A DNA stretch of 63,578 nucleotides, the filler included, from Octopus bimaculoides (taxonomy: Eukaryota), in NCBI RefSeq assembly GCF_001194135.2. It is 5 parts of 5 records of this genome, joined end to end, with 100 filler letters (N's around TTAATTAATTAA, not from the genome) between each part and the next. Parts side by side here need not be neighbours in the genome. Positions count along the whole stretch, not along the records: positions 23,931 to 50,202 come from NC_068982.1; 4 more parts are not named here. The stretch is one strand, 5' to 3'. A program made the translations under genes and the position numbers. This document shows positions 25,934 through 40,077 of this stretch, in pieces. A model generated the notes under the pieces. It did not search any database. It was not told the origin of the DNA and saw only the letters and a program-made list of their open reading frames with translations. The number at the start of each line of letters is the position of its first letter. Position 1 is the first letter of the stretch.

Positions 25934-26934
25934 CTCTTCCTCCTTCTCTGTGGGACGAATTTTGGGAATCGATGCTCATTTTAGTGAACCGTTTCTCTGT
26001 CTATTTTTGAACCTACCTACAATGCAATGCATACGCGCGTAGCTACAAGCATATACATACATACACACATATACATACATACGTTCATACACATACATGC
26101 ATACATGAATGCATACATACATACTGATATCAGCTGGAAATCTCCACAGGAATAGAGATATCGACAGGTTCTACCTACAAAAGAAGAGATAAAGGAGGTA
26201 GAAGCTTGAGATCAGTGCAGTCAGCCTTCGAATATCGAATAGTCTCTCTCAGACAACACTTGTTAAACAAAAGCAGCAAAAATAAATGCTTTAACTTTGT
26301 GCTGAAAAGTGGAGAGAACAATATCCTAAGTGTCGACAGCGAGCACCTCAGGAAGCGATCTCTTCCTGATGATCTCCCATACAACACCAAAGCAGCCGGA
26401 CTAACATGCCTTAAAGAAGACCTGGATGTGAAACGCTCAGTATACCAAAAACGACTATGCACGGGTTTGCTTTCCAAAGAGTTGAAGAAGATAGTTATAT
26501 TGGCATTAAGCGAAGCCTCCCTTGGACTCGTGACCGCTACATCACATCACACTCAGAAGGCTATGCATTTGCAATTCAAGAACAGGAGATTACAGCGAAA
26601 TACCTGATAAACAAAAGAGACTTTGAAGCCCTTTGGCGCCACCGAAGATTTTGATTATGTCATATTTCTGTGGAAGACAGTACACGCGATTAGCAGCTGC
26701 CCCAGAATATTATCACCGTGACACGACGTCGCCGCAAAAACTATAAATAACGCCATCCCGAAAAAAAAAAGACTGTCCTGGAATAAACAGAGAATCCCTC
26801 TGTTATTGAGTACGCACACATACATCAACACAATGAATTCTGTTGAACTATTCCCTCAAAACATCTGTCAAGTACAAGTATAACAGGTCGGATATTGTTG
26901 TTCGGGACAGACAAGAAAAAGTATATGCCGTCAT

Positions 26935-27256
26935 TTTGTTGTTGGCACTCCATCGCTTACGACGTCGAGGGTTCCGGTTGATCCGATCAACGGAACAGCC
27001 TGCTCGTGAAATTAACGTGCAAGTGGCTGAGCACTCCACAGACACGTGTACCCTTAACGTAGTTCTCGGGGATATTCAGCGTGACACAGGGTGACAAGGC
27101 TGACCCTTTGAATTACAGGCACAACAGAAACAGGAAGTAAGAGTGAGAGAAAGTTGTGGTGAAAGAGTACAGCAGGGTTCGCCACCATCCCCTGCCGGAG
27201 CCTCGTGGAGCTTTAGGCGTTTTCGCTCAATAAACACTCACAACACCCGGTCTGGG
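26935..27256 (-). mobile_element. SINE family C (5'-truncated) inserted in the LINE
   Basis: Tail gtgctcagccacttgcacgttaatttcacgagcaggctgttccgttgatcggatcaac shared with 54865-55152; degenerate TSD aagtatatgccgtcat (26919-26934) / aaatataccctcat (27257-27270). Confidence 0.85.
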
Positions 27257-27567
27257 AAATATACCCTCATAGATATCAGCTATTCTACTGATGCGAATAT
27301 CTCTTTGTAAATCAAAGACAAAGATAACTATAGACAATTGCTTCGAAACTTCCAGCTTCTGTATCCTGATAATAAATTCACATTTATACCAATAATGATT
27401 GGAGCACTTGGTTTTGTGACTAAATACCTGCTGACAGTCTGGACAAGCTTGGATTTTCAGGAACAGAAATCAACCAACTCACTCGCACATTACAAGTACA
27501 ATCTATAAATGGAACAATAAAACTATACAAGAAATTTTCTCAAGTTTAAAATGTGACATTGTTTTCA

Positions 27568-27784
27568 TTCTTTTATCCTTCTACTTGTTTCAGTCGCTTG
27601 ACTGCGGCCATGTTGGAGCAGCGCCTTTAGTCGAAGAAATCGACTCCGAGACTTATTCTTTGTAAGCCTAGTACTTATTCTATCGTTTCTTTTGCTGAAC
27701 CGCTAAGCTACGGAGATGTAAACACACCAACATAAGTTGCCAAGTGATAGTGGTGGGGGAGGGGGAACAAACACAGGCACACAA

Positions 27785-27874
<90 letters not shown>

Positions 27875-28030
27875 GAAGGGCTTTTTTCAGTTTCCGTCTA
27901 CTAAATCTACTCTTTGGTCGGCCTGAGGCTATAGTAGAAGACACTTACCCAAGGTGCCACACAATGGGACTGAACACGGAACCATGTGGTTGGGGAGCAA
28001 GCTATTTGGGGGCCAAAAAGCCACGCCTGC
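27568..28030 (-). mobile_element. SINE family B, full length, inserted in the LINE 3' UTR
   Basis: Same architecture as 23350-23733 with an expanded internal (TA)n. Confidence 0.92.
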
Positions 28031-28222
28031 CCCTATTATCTACATTCCGATGATGGAGTTTTGTATCTTTGTTAGAAACCAGCTCCCTCCTAAGAGGAAC
28101 AATTTAAATAATTAAAACGGAGGAGAGACATATACGTACATACATACATACATACATACAAGCATTCAAGTATACATAAATACGTACATGCCAAAATAAA
28201 TATACAGTTGTCTATATTCTCA

Positions 28223-28450
28223 TTTATTTCTTTATTGCTCACAGGAGGCTAAACAAAGAAGGGACAAACAAGGACAGACAAAGGGATTAAGTCGATTACA
28301 TCGACCCAGTGCGTAACTGGTACTTATTTAATTGACCCCGAAAGGATGAAAGACAAAGTCGACCTCGGCGGAATTTGAACTCAGAACATAACGGCAGACG
28401 AAATACCGCTAAAGCATTTCGCCAGACGTGCTAGTGATTCTGCCAGCTCG
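28223..28450 (-). mobile_element. SINE family A with alternative tail (A2)
   Basis: Family A head and core; tail aatccctttgtctgtccttgtttgtccc...gcaataaagaaataaa. Confidence 0.92.
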
Positions 28451-29862
28451 TCTCTGTCTATATTCTCATTGTATACTCATCCATGTAACAGATGTTGTTG
28501 TTGCTGTTTTTGTTGTTGTTGTTGTTATTGTTGATGATGATGATGATGATGATGATGAGGAGGAGGAGGAGGAGGAGGGGGAGGAGGAGGATGTAACTCT
28601 TGCTGGTCAGCCCAAGGTCAATCCTGATTGAGCAGATCGGACCATGCCGGCCTTCTCACAGGGATAGTACACCTGGGCCTATTCATAACGTCCTTTCTTT
28701 TAAATAAATTCTGACGGCAGTATAGCGCAATTATAGACATACAAGCGTAGATATCACGTTTACGCACGAATTTCAAGACTACACATTGATACACACGCGC
28801 GCGCGCACATGCATATCTATATACATATATAGATGGATAAATAGATATACACTCACACATCTGTGTGTGAACGTGTAAATGAAATATGTATGACTATATA
28901 TATATATATATGTATATATATATGTATATATATATATGTATATATATGTGTGTGTGTGTGTGTGTGTATCATCATGCACTATGTGTGTATGTATGTGTAC
29001 ATCGATCTATCTAACTATGTGTCTATTAATCTATCTATCTATCTATCTATCTTGATGTATATATATCATATTTAATTTGTTAAGCGAAAATATCTCAACG
29101 TTGTAAGACATTATATTTTAATAAATTAAATATCTCCGATATAATTAAATATATAATTTGAAATCTATTTAAAATCATATATTTTAAAGAAAATATATTA
29201 GAAGTTTGAAAGTGGTGTCAAAATGTGAAATATAATGTAATATTATAGATAAGATGCTGGAACTCAAAATTCGGTGCCCCTTCTGTTGTAATACAAAGTT
29301 TTGCATAGAGATTGCACGTCTGTTCACACGAGGGCAATTCTCTTCTGCATAGTCTTAATCATCATGGCTATGTATACATGAATGTATGTATGCATCATGC
29401 GTGCATGTATATATGTCTGTAAATATAGATAGAGATATACACATACACACACATACATGTTTGAGTGAGTGTATAACAGCGTAAAATACCACTTAAGTAT
29501 TGGTATTTGTGACAATGTACGCAATACATGTATGCATTTGTATATGTATATAAATATGCGCGCTAGTATCTATGCTTATATATACATATATACATATATT
29601 AATTTGCCTGTACGGATGATAACTCGCTTGCCACAGGTGATGGTATTTTAAGAATACCATCCCTTCCTATATTTATATCCATATATATATATATATACAT
29701 ATGTGTATATGTATATACAAGCACACACACACAAACACAGAGATATTATATATATATATATCTAAAAACAAAACCGCTTATGTTAGATTATAAAATATAC
29801 ATACAGAGATACATGTAAATAGAGAGAAACAAAGACTGAAAATGTACAGACAACGACTATTC

Positions 29863-29906
<44 letters not shown>

Positions 29907-30169
29907 NNNNNNNNNNNNNNNNNNNNNNNNNNNNNNNNNNNNNNNNNNNNNNNNNNNNNNNNNNNNNNNNNNNNNNNNNNNNNNNNNNNNNNNNNNNNNN
30001 NNNNNNNNNNNNNNNNNNNNNNNNNNNNNNNNNNNNNNNNNNNNNNNNNNNNNNNNNNNNNNNNNNNNNNNNNNNNNNNNNNNNNNNNNNNNNNNNNNNN
30101 NNNNNNNNNNNNTATATATATATTGATAGAGTAGAATATAAAAACACAAGAAACTAAGGGGTAGAAAAT

Positions 30170-31030
30170 ATGACATTGCAAGTCCGACGGCTATTTCTGA
30201 GGGCTCAGAATTACGTTACAATGACGTCCCTCCTAAAGACTGTTCTATCTAGCCTTCGGTGTTCTAGCACCTTATCTGTCTGGAAGTCAAAGTTCCAGAC
30301 GATCATTGCCTTCTCGTTTTCGTCCATTACCTTTTCCAGTGTATGTTGGTACCAAGTATCTGTTACCTCATGTCTATACTCCCGGCGCATTAGCCAGTGA
30401 AGGTTTAGGGCTACCTAGTCATGTCTGCGTTTGTATTCTTTCTATACAAGACTGTCACAAGCACTAAGGATGTGAGTCAAGCTTTCGACCTTCTTCCCAC
30501 ACATTCTGCAGAGGTTCGTTGCACTCGTGTGGTATATATCCCTTTTCACTGAGTTGGTATTTAATATCTGATCCTGGGCAGCGATGACTTGGCTTTCGAT
30601 CTTCTTTTTAGGGACACCTTTACTGATCCACATCTACGATGTTCCTTGGTCTTTTAAGGTGTTAGTTTCGTGATGGAACTAACCATGTGATTGCACGCAG
30701 AGTAGTGTTTCTTCTCTATTATTGGCTATTCGTGATCGGAAACATTAACACTCACAAGTCCATTGCTGGTAAATCCTTCTGCTTTAGCAGCATTCTGAGG
30801 CAGGTCTTGCACGCTGTTTAGAAAAATACTCTGTCAAATTTCTTCTTTTACTGTCGATGCACTCTCGTACACTTACCAAGCCACGTTCGCCTTCATCCTT
30901 CTTCATGAACAGTCTATGCACGTTTGCCTTAGGGTGAAGGGCACCAAGCACTGTCATCGTTTCTTGGGTCAATCTCCTCTCGTGTCCATTTCAGTTGAAC
31001 ACTGGGATCGGTGCCAAAATTTGAAACCAA
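30170..31030 (-). mobile_element. R4/Dong-like LINE fragment, second subfamily
   Basis: GALHPKANVHRLFMKKDEGERGLVSVRECI; IESQVIAAQDQILNT; CRMCGKKVESLTHILSAC; IVWNFDFQTDKVLEHRRLD. Confidence 0.88.
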
Positions 31031-31940
31031 TATTCTGTATTGATCAATTTTCTTTGGTCAGATAAGTTAGTAAGAAATGATGAATATGCTTTATGTATTT
31101 AATGTTTAATGAAATTTTCTTTTCTAGTAAGTCTTCTTCCAGTATATGCTATGTCTATTCTCTTTTATCAGTGAAGAAATCATGACATAACAACTAATTT
31201 AAATTTATCCATAAGTTGTGGTACCTTGCAATTACTAATACTAGTTTTTTTTTTCTTTCTCTTCTTTTAAGAATCCAATCCTAAATGAAATATTCAAAAA
31301 TGACATTTACATAGTTGGGGTGTGGTCTTATCATAATATTTAAGATTGATGATTATTTTGTGGTGTAAGAGGACTGAATTAAAACTGGGTAGTAACACGA
31401 ATCCACGGATTTAGTTTCTAGCCTTAAAAAAATGATTGAATGGGTTACTGATCAGTTTAAAATTTCTTGCAGAATGTGTAAGACATTTTAATTCCTGATA
31501 ATTGATTTCAAAATTTAATGAGTTAGCGACGGTAACCTATACATGGTCTTCCGATGTATCAGAAATAGCAACCATCTCCACTCCGCAATTCCATCCGACC
31601 ATGCTTGAAAAAACAGGAGACAAAGCAAATATAGTCAGTGGTAGTCGAAAAGTGAGATGAGTCATGGACGGCATGTTTTTTTTATCATAAAATGCTCAAT
31701 TAGGATAAGAACACTTCAGAATAATTTTGCTATGAATATATAGAACAGAAGTTTCTATATTAAGAACAGCTTTCGAGACAGTTTTTTTTAAATATATCAT
31801 TCTGGATAAAATAATTAACCTAAGGGATAGATTTTATAGAAGCTACATCAAATTCTTGTCAGAGTCTTTGTAATGTTTTCTTTGAAAACTTTTGCCAAAT
31901 GTATGTGCGGGTGTGTTTTTTCATTGAGGCTTACCACAAA

Positions 31941-32417
31941 ATTATTCTTTTCTACAATATATATGCACAAGGCCTGGAGTTTGTTTTGTTGGGTGGGGCG
32001 GATTATAAGTACCAATTAAGCACTGGGGAAAGGGGCGATTACATCGCCGCCAGTGGTTAACTGGTACTTATTTTATCGCCACCGAAAGGATGAAAAGTAA
32101 AATCGATCTCGGCGGAATTTGAACACTGAACGTAAAGACAGAAGAAATCCCGCAAAGCATTTTGTCTGGTGCGGTAACGATTCTGCTAGCTCGGAAACTG
32201 GTAACGGTTTCAAATGTCTACACAGGGCCAGAAGTTTTTAAGGGAAGAGTAAGTCGATTACGTTGAGCCAAGTATTCAATTGGTACTTATTTTATCGACC
32301 TCGAAAGGATGAAAGGCAAAGTCAGCCTCGGTGGAATTCGAACTCAAGACGTAAAGACTGACGAAATGCTGCTAAGCATTTTACCCGGCTTGCAAACGAT
32401 CCTGCCAGCTCGTCGCC
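31941..32417 (-). mobile_element. SINE family A, two head-to-tail copies
   Basis: Both contain ctggtacttattttatcg...gaaaggatgaaa...gaatttgaac...aacgattctgctagctcg. Confidence 0.88.
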
Positions 32418-33630
32418 TTTATATTAATACATAATATTGAAAAACATGAGTCAAAGAAGCAGAATTAACATGTCAAGCTAAGTTTCTTATGGTAAAGTAA
32501 CGTTTATACGCATCAAGTCATAACCATTCATTATTTCTCTTCTAGATATGTATGAGTTTCCGCAGGCTTTTAAACTTTTCTGTCACTAGTTTTCCGTCAA
32601 ATGTTTTATGTACGTTTTATTCTTATTTACTTATTTTTAATTTAGTAACCGTTCTTTTTCTTTAGACAATAGAACATAAAAAGGTGATTTACGATCCCCC
32701 TCTCCCAAATTTCCCATTCGTAAAGAAATATATATAAGCCTGTAACCTTAACGATTTTCCTAAATCAGAGGTATTAGAAAGTTAAATGGATTCCACAGAA
32801 AATTGAAACTGAATCGTAGACATGGCAAGCCAGAAACTTCTTTTGTACGGTGTTCTCTGCATAGCGTAGAAATTTATTAGTCAGAAACTTGCACATTCAT
32901 GTCCATTCACACATATACACTCGATGACTTACAAACACATGTACACACACACATATGTATGTATGTATGTGTAGATAGATAGATAGATAGATAGATATCA
33001 CATATCAGTGTGTGTTTGTGTGTGTGTGTGTTGCTGATCAGTCTGAGAAAAATATTTACAGCCGATATTTTGTAGTGAGGTTTGAGCTAGAATATTATCC
33101 CTTAAATCAATCAGACCCCTAGGGCTACCACGAGCGGCGTCTTCTAGGTTCCCACTTGCTCACTGCAGTATGTCCGAATCAGATGAGAAGAGTAGCGCTC
33201 TTCCGACTGTTAGTTTGCAGCCCCATAAATATCAGAGACAGCATGTCTCCCGGATGTCGTTCGGGTGTTACTGCAGTAAAACAGTCGTCACTTTTGGCAA
33301 GGATACACAAAGAGCCGAACTTCGATCGGAAAGCGACTTCGAAAATAGCATCACATGTCTGTTAGAGAAAAAAGAAAATGTAGAATAGGAAAAAGAAAGA
33401 AGATAAAAAAGATGAAATATTCTAAAACAGATTTTCTTTCATCCCTTTCGGCCCAATGAAAGGTAATCATTAAAAATATTTGAAACGAACGAATGTTTCT
33501 TTATAGTTAGGCCAAATAAAGGAAATGTATTTTTTATGACGTTAATTAACAATTTAAAGAAAAAGTATTTACAAAGCTATAGTTAAAGTACAATTTCAAA
33601 CGCAGCTTACAACTAAGACCTCGTTTTAGT

Positions 33631-34073
33631 TAATATTGATTTCAAATTTTGGCACAAGGCCAGCAATTTTGTGGCGGAGTTGATCGATTACATCGACTCC
33701 AGTGCTCAACTAGTACTTATTTCATCGACCCTGAAAGGATAAAAGACAAAGCAGATCTCGGCGGCGTTTGAATATAGAACGTAAAGAAGCAAAACACAGC
33801 TAAGCATTTTGCCAAGCTTACTAACGATTCTGCCAGCTCGCTCCGTTCATTTTAATAAATATTCTTTTCTACTCTAGGCACAAGGTCCAAAATTCTTGGG
33901 AAGGGGCCAGTCGATTAGATCAACCCCAGTACGGAACTGGTACTTAATTTATCGACCCCGAAAGGAGAAAGGCAAAGTCGACCACGGCGAAATTTGAACT
34001 CAGAACGTAAAGACAGACGAAATATCGTTAAGCATTTCGCCCGGTATGCTAACATTTCTGCCAGCTCGCCGCC
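33631..34073 (-). mobile_element. SINE family A, two head-to-tail copies (33631-33844, 33855-34073)
   Basis: Complete head, core and ggcacaaggcc tails; separated by a short AAT-rich linker. Confidence 0.92.
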
Positions 34074-34303
34074 TTCGTTTTAGTAAATATTAACACTTTA
34101 GATGGAGTACTTCTTTTGTTGATCTAACCATCACCAAACAGCATACACAAACGCACACACAATATATATATATATATATACATGTATGTGTGTGTGTGTG
34201 TCTGTGTGTCTGCGTGTCTGCGTATTCAATAAAAAGATCTTATATCAAATAAAACAAATCAAATTTTACTGCGATATTTATAATTCTATATCCATATATT
34301 CAC

Positions 34304-34339
<36 letters not shown>

Positions 34340-34340
<1 letters not shown>

Positions 34341-34445
34341 AGAGACAGCTGATGAAGGGATATTCCAAGGGGCTTTCCGTTTTCCTATGTGTTCGTTCCG
34401 TTGTCTGTAGTTTATTGTTCTAACGTCCTGTACCCTGATATGCAT
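34340..34445 (+). mobile_element. Penelope-type terminal repeat fragment
   Basis: gctgatgaag...ctatgtg...gtcctgtaccctgatatgc is shared with 52555-52640. Confidence 0.45.
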
Positions 34446-34509
34446 GTATATACACATGTAGATGTAAGTATGTACATATATGTGTGTATACATGTATATA
34501 TATTCTTTG

Positions 34510-34544
<35 letters not shown>

Positions 34545-34609
34545 ACATTACGCATGCTAGCCACCGGTATGAACATTTTTCTAAATCTTCTAGTCTTATT
34601 ATTTTCACA

Positions 34610-34651
<42 letters not shown>

Positions 34652-34659
34652 AATCCAAA

Positions 34660-34800
34660 CATGAATAAGCAAGAAAAAACAACAACGCGAGGACGTGGAA
34701 TAAGTACAGTGTTATTGGACACTCAGAACAGGAAAGAAAAGAAAGAGGATTTCACGTTTCGATCGGAGCGCTTCATCAGAAATATAGAAAAAGGAAGACG
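34660..34800 (-). mobile_element. Penelope-type terminal repeat with decayed minimal hammerhead core
   Basis: Minus strand attt-ctgatga-agcgctccgatc-gaaacgtg-aaat. Confidence 0.55.
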
Positions 34801-35352
34801 GATATATATATATCTGTGTGAGTGTGTATGAAGTATAACTTACATGAATGTGTCCGCGTTTCTAGAGAATTCGAGTTATAAAGAAATCACTGATTTCTAA
34901 ACCAACACAATCACTTTTTGTTTTATAAATATTGTTATGTGTTTTTATTTTTTCCTTTCTGCCATGAATTCGCTTTCTTTTAAGAATGAAGACTGATACA
35001 CATCTGTATTTACATTTCGCTATGTTCACCGCTTAAACCCCTTGCCAAAGTTTTTCATGGTCAATCATACAAAAATCGACCTTGTTTTATGATAACGCAT
35101 TCTTTTTTTCGTTCTCATTATTTTATTTTGAATAGTTTAAAGATGAAGGTTATTTTTTGTTTATATCACTCAGTACCGCATGTTCACCATCCCCTTTGTA
35201 TAAAAAGATATACGTTTAAACGTCTCCTATATATAATTCTTTAACGTTCGGTGAGCAGAGACTTCTCCTATTGTGATGTAGCTCGTATAAGCATGCTATG
35301 GATACGGAGAAAGCTTTTCTATCGTTCACTCCGAATACTTTTTGTCTCTTCT

Positions 35353-35354
<2 letters not shown>

Positions 35355-35425
<71 letters not shown>

Positions 35426-35508
35426 TTCAAATATATATATTATATAAAATTATATATATATGTATATAAATATATATACATACACACATATATGTGTGCG
35501 TGTGTGTG

Positions 35509-35546
<38 letters not shown>

Positions 35547-35663
35547 TATAAACATAATTGCATGCATGTAAATGTACTTATGTATGTGTGTATACGTGCA
35601 TGCACGTTGTATGTTTAAATATGTTTATACATACATACGTACGTAAGATTCGTGCTACCAGTC

Positions 35664-35727
<64 letters not shown>

Positions 35728-35900
35728 CATATATATACATGCATACATATATATGTATGCATATTTACATATTATACATTGTGTGTATGTGTGTATGTAT
35801 AGTGTACACCTAAATATGCTTATACATACATACATTTAACCATACATGCATACGCACATACGTGTATGCATACATACATATCTCTGTCGCTGAAAGTTCG
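35355..35900. repeat. (CT)n, (TA)n and (CATA)n microsatellite block
   Basis: Direct inspection. Confidence 0.9.
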
Positions 35901-36585
35901 AGGTAGTTGTCCTTAACAAATAGTTTGGGGCTCAGTGGTGTGAAATAAGTTATCTATCTTTGATTAACGAAGTAACATTCACGTGGTGCGTTGCCGAATG
36001 CTTTATGACTTTCTCGCTGAGACAAAAACAATTGTCCTGGATGCCTAAATGGCAAGTGTTCCTACAATATTCTCTATTGAATACAGTTTCTGTCAGCAGT
36101 CATAATACAGTTTTATAGTTTAAGACCATATTGGCGGCCTCGTTTAGCCATATTAATCTCCATAAATCCTTTAATCGTATGTAATATTTTCGGAGGTATT
36201 GGCTGCAAGAATTCATGGACACTTTAGTGTAGACATCTATTGTGATTTTATGAGGAAAAGCTAAATTTGCCACCCTCCCCCATATACTACGTTCTCTTTT
36301 CTTTTACTCCTGTTCCCAAAACTCTGCAGAGAGATTCTTGTGTGAGTTTGCTTAAGATTCTGTGTGAGGTCGGGAGTTGATTCCGACTATTGTTGTTTTA
36401 TATTTAGTTCGCTTTATTTATCAATTCGTTTCTTTTCTTCTTTTGATTATGCTTATTAAATTTTATTCATTGTATTGTTTTGCTTATAATTTTATTTTGC
36501 AATTATATTTAAATTTCCGAAACCGGAATATGACAAATATATGATAAATATGATAGATGGATAGAGAGATAGTTAGCCATATATA

Positions 36586-36652
<67 letters not shown>

Positions 36653-36662
36653 NNNNNNNNNN

Positions 36663-36728
<66 letters not shown>

Positions 36729-37088
36729 GTAATGGTAAGATCCCAGGATCAAGGTGTAGGAAGTCAGTAAGCTTCAAGCAGTCCGTAGAAGGTATAAAAA
36801 CAACTTTCAGGAACAATATTGTTTTGTTGACGTTGAAGTTCGATAAACTGAAAAAAGTTATTTTATAGTTTATGGTTAGCAGCTGGGGTTGCTGTGTATG
36901 CCAATAAAAATCCAAAATTAAGGAATGGAGTAGATAAAATCCAGACTACATATGTTTCATAGATAGCAGAACTAGTAATTGCCCAAACAAGGGGTAAACC
37001 ACGAGCAACTCGTCGGGCCAAAGATACCTTAATCAAATGAAGTTTACATAGTCGTCAAGGGATCCCATGTTAACTCACAGGAGTTTCG

Positions 37089-37131
<43 letters not shown>

Positions 37132-38406
37132 CACACACACACACACGCACACACCCATATATATATACATACATGTATATATTTATATACATACATGCGC
37201 GCGCGCACGCACACATATATCCGTGTATGCATGTATGTATGTATTGTACAGATGTAGAAACAAACTGAGGTGGTTACGAAGTACTCAGTGTTAGAATAAT
37301 AAACTAAATAATGAATAAAGCTGAAAAGTTCAGGATTATCAATTTAACTGCCGTTCCGTTCTGGAATCTTCAAGTTAGTAGTGAACATGATAAAATAATA
37401 TATAAATATACAGGGATTAAGGAAGGGTTGGAGACAATAGCGTAAGAGGGGGGAAACAATGAGAGAGGACGTTTTAGGACAGTCAATTCTGTAGTGAATA
37501 TAACAGCTAAATGATTAAAACGTTTAAAATTTGTGCCTCTTTAAAGGAAAGCAAAATTGCAGAATAATCAAGTGAGGTTCATAGTTTCAAATTTGTTTAA
37601 GATAATCCTGGTTTATAAAGGAGAAATATACACTTTGCAAATGTTTACTTCATCTTCTTTGGCTGTGTTGAAGAGGATTACCTGTTCGTATGAAAAGAAA
37701 TTACAATATGTGAAGTATTCATAAACTGTTTAGATAAAAAAAAAATGTAGAAATAGATCCGTGTATCCACTTGATGGATACTGTCTCAGTAAGAATGTCG
37801 TATATAAATGTTCCGTACATGAAATGTTAATGTATATATATTGGGGCTACCTCGAATAAGTTTTATTGCAGAAATTATAACCACACCTGCAGCTTTGGGA
37901 ATATGAGGAAAGCCAATTTTATATCTTTGGCTAGTTTTCTATGGAAGTTTGCTGATAAAGAGACTGCATATGAAATTGCTTAGTCTATTATATGCAAGTC
38001 ACAACTATATAAAGTTAGTCGATATATGTAATTTGTGTATATCTAAGACTTATGAAATAATCAAGTGTAAATAAAATCTCATTAACCAACGATATGAAGT
38101 AATAATACGATGTCCACACATGTACCGTACGTCCTTCCTATACAATACTAAAGTTAACGTATTAGTTTTAATTTAAATACTTTTAATATTTCTATTACTA
38201 GTCAACATTTGTAGATTTGACCCATCTAATTAATATAACTTCAATTTTCTGTTTCTGTGCTTCTGGCTTGCTTAGTTTATCTAATTCTAGTCCGGACTGG
38301 GTTGCTTTTCATTGGCAATTAAGCATTATCACAGAGACAGTAATGGTAAATATGATTAGTATATATCTTTAATCTATGAACTAATTATCTGTAAATCTTT
38401 TTTCAT

Positions 38407-38531
<125 letters not shown>

Positions 38532-39995
38532 TGTCCACAAATGTACTTGTCCTCCTTATATTATACTGATAATTAAACCTTTTAGCGCAAACTCTAGTGC
38601 ACTACTAGTACTACCAGTTAACTCTAAAATGTAGTCTCCTTAATTCACTCCTAGATTTGTTTCTCGTATTTTATTTGATTATATTTGATTCCTCACGTTT
38701 AGCCTGTCCTTTCCATTTAAACAATATGTAACTTTAAATATCGCATATTATATCCTAACTCTTAGAGTTGATAGTGGGATAGCTTGATAGATTATTCGTT
38801 GTTGTATGTATGTATGTGAATATCGTCTGTATGTGTATGTGTATAAATATGTATGTAAGCATATATGTATATATATGTGTGTGTGTGCGTGTGTATACGC
38901 AAATGATTATATAAACTGATTTGACCAGTTAAACATAATGATGAACTTGTACTATTTTGCGAAATTACTGTTTTGATAAAGATATTTTGTGTAAGAACTG
39001 GTGTACTTGTGTGAGCGTATGTATATGAATGTATGTGTCTGAATATATTCATGAGGTGTATATGTGTATTTGCTGATGCCATCATCAATGGTCTTAGAAT
39101 GATATTTCAATCCTTCTAACTGAGCCGTGCATGAAATTCCAACAGTTTAGGCCACTTTGTTATGCACCCAAGTACCATTACTAAAACATATACATTGTAT
39201 GTAACAAACCTGGTCTCCTATCCCCATCTTTAAACCCTTATTTATTTTGTTTTATTTTTCTCCATTTTCTCTATACTTTTCATTTTATTTATTTGTTTGT
39301 TTATTCATTTGTTTATCTTATCTATTTTTTATTATATGCTATATTCATTTAATTACTACGGGAAGGACAACCAAATCTTTTGAAAGCAAATCTTTATGAT
39401 AAACTTATTCTTCCTTATTTTATCTTTTATTAAGTTTTTGTATTTTATTGCATTTACTTTATTATACTCTTTTTTAAAATTCGTATTTACCGACTATCTT
39501 TCCTTCGTTGACGCACTCTGTATGATAACTCTTATATTCGTTGAGAGTGGAATCTGCCAAATACACTTATTGTCTATAACTGTGTAAGAATCTAATATTT
39601 TAACCCTCCATGAAATTTTCTGAAGCGTAATCTGTTCGTTATGTTATAGTACAATTATATGGGTGTATATATTTATTCATATGTATATTCATTTAAATAT
39701 GTGTCGCTTATGTAACTAACACAGATTGCGAAACAGCTGTCAACTAATGAAATAAACATCTTTTCTCACACTTCACTTCTTTTATCGAGTCAATTTATAT
39801 ATGTGTACGTGTGTGCGAATGTATATATGTATGTATGGATGGATGGATGGATGGATGAATGGATGGATGGATGGAGTGAAAGTTGGAGTGTAACATGAAA
39901 ATGATTAAGGGTACGGACAGATAAACATGGAACATCTCTCATCAGCCGCAAAAACCAGAATCAGGGCAGTTACGGCACGTTTAAAGTCGAAAGAC

Positions 39996-39997
<2 letters not shown>

Positions 39998-40077
<80 letters not shown>

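Larger units (their letters stand above)
26125..28128 (+). mobile_element. 5'-truncated R4/Dong-like LINE with intact 3' end, interrupted by two SINEs, flanked by (CATA)n
   Basis: DIDRFYLQKKR*GGRSLRSVQ, TSHSEGYAFAIQEQEITAKYL, KYNRSDIVVRD, then LGF..GTIK C-terminus; the 3' UTR resumes after the SINE (gatggagttttgtatctttgttagaaaccagctccctcct) and ends gagaga|catatacgtacatacatac. Confidence 0.9.
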
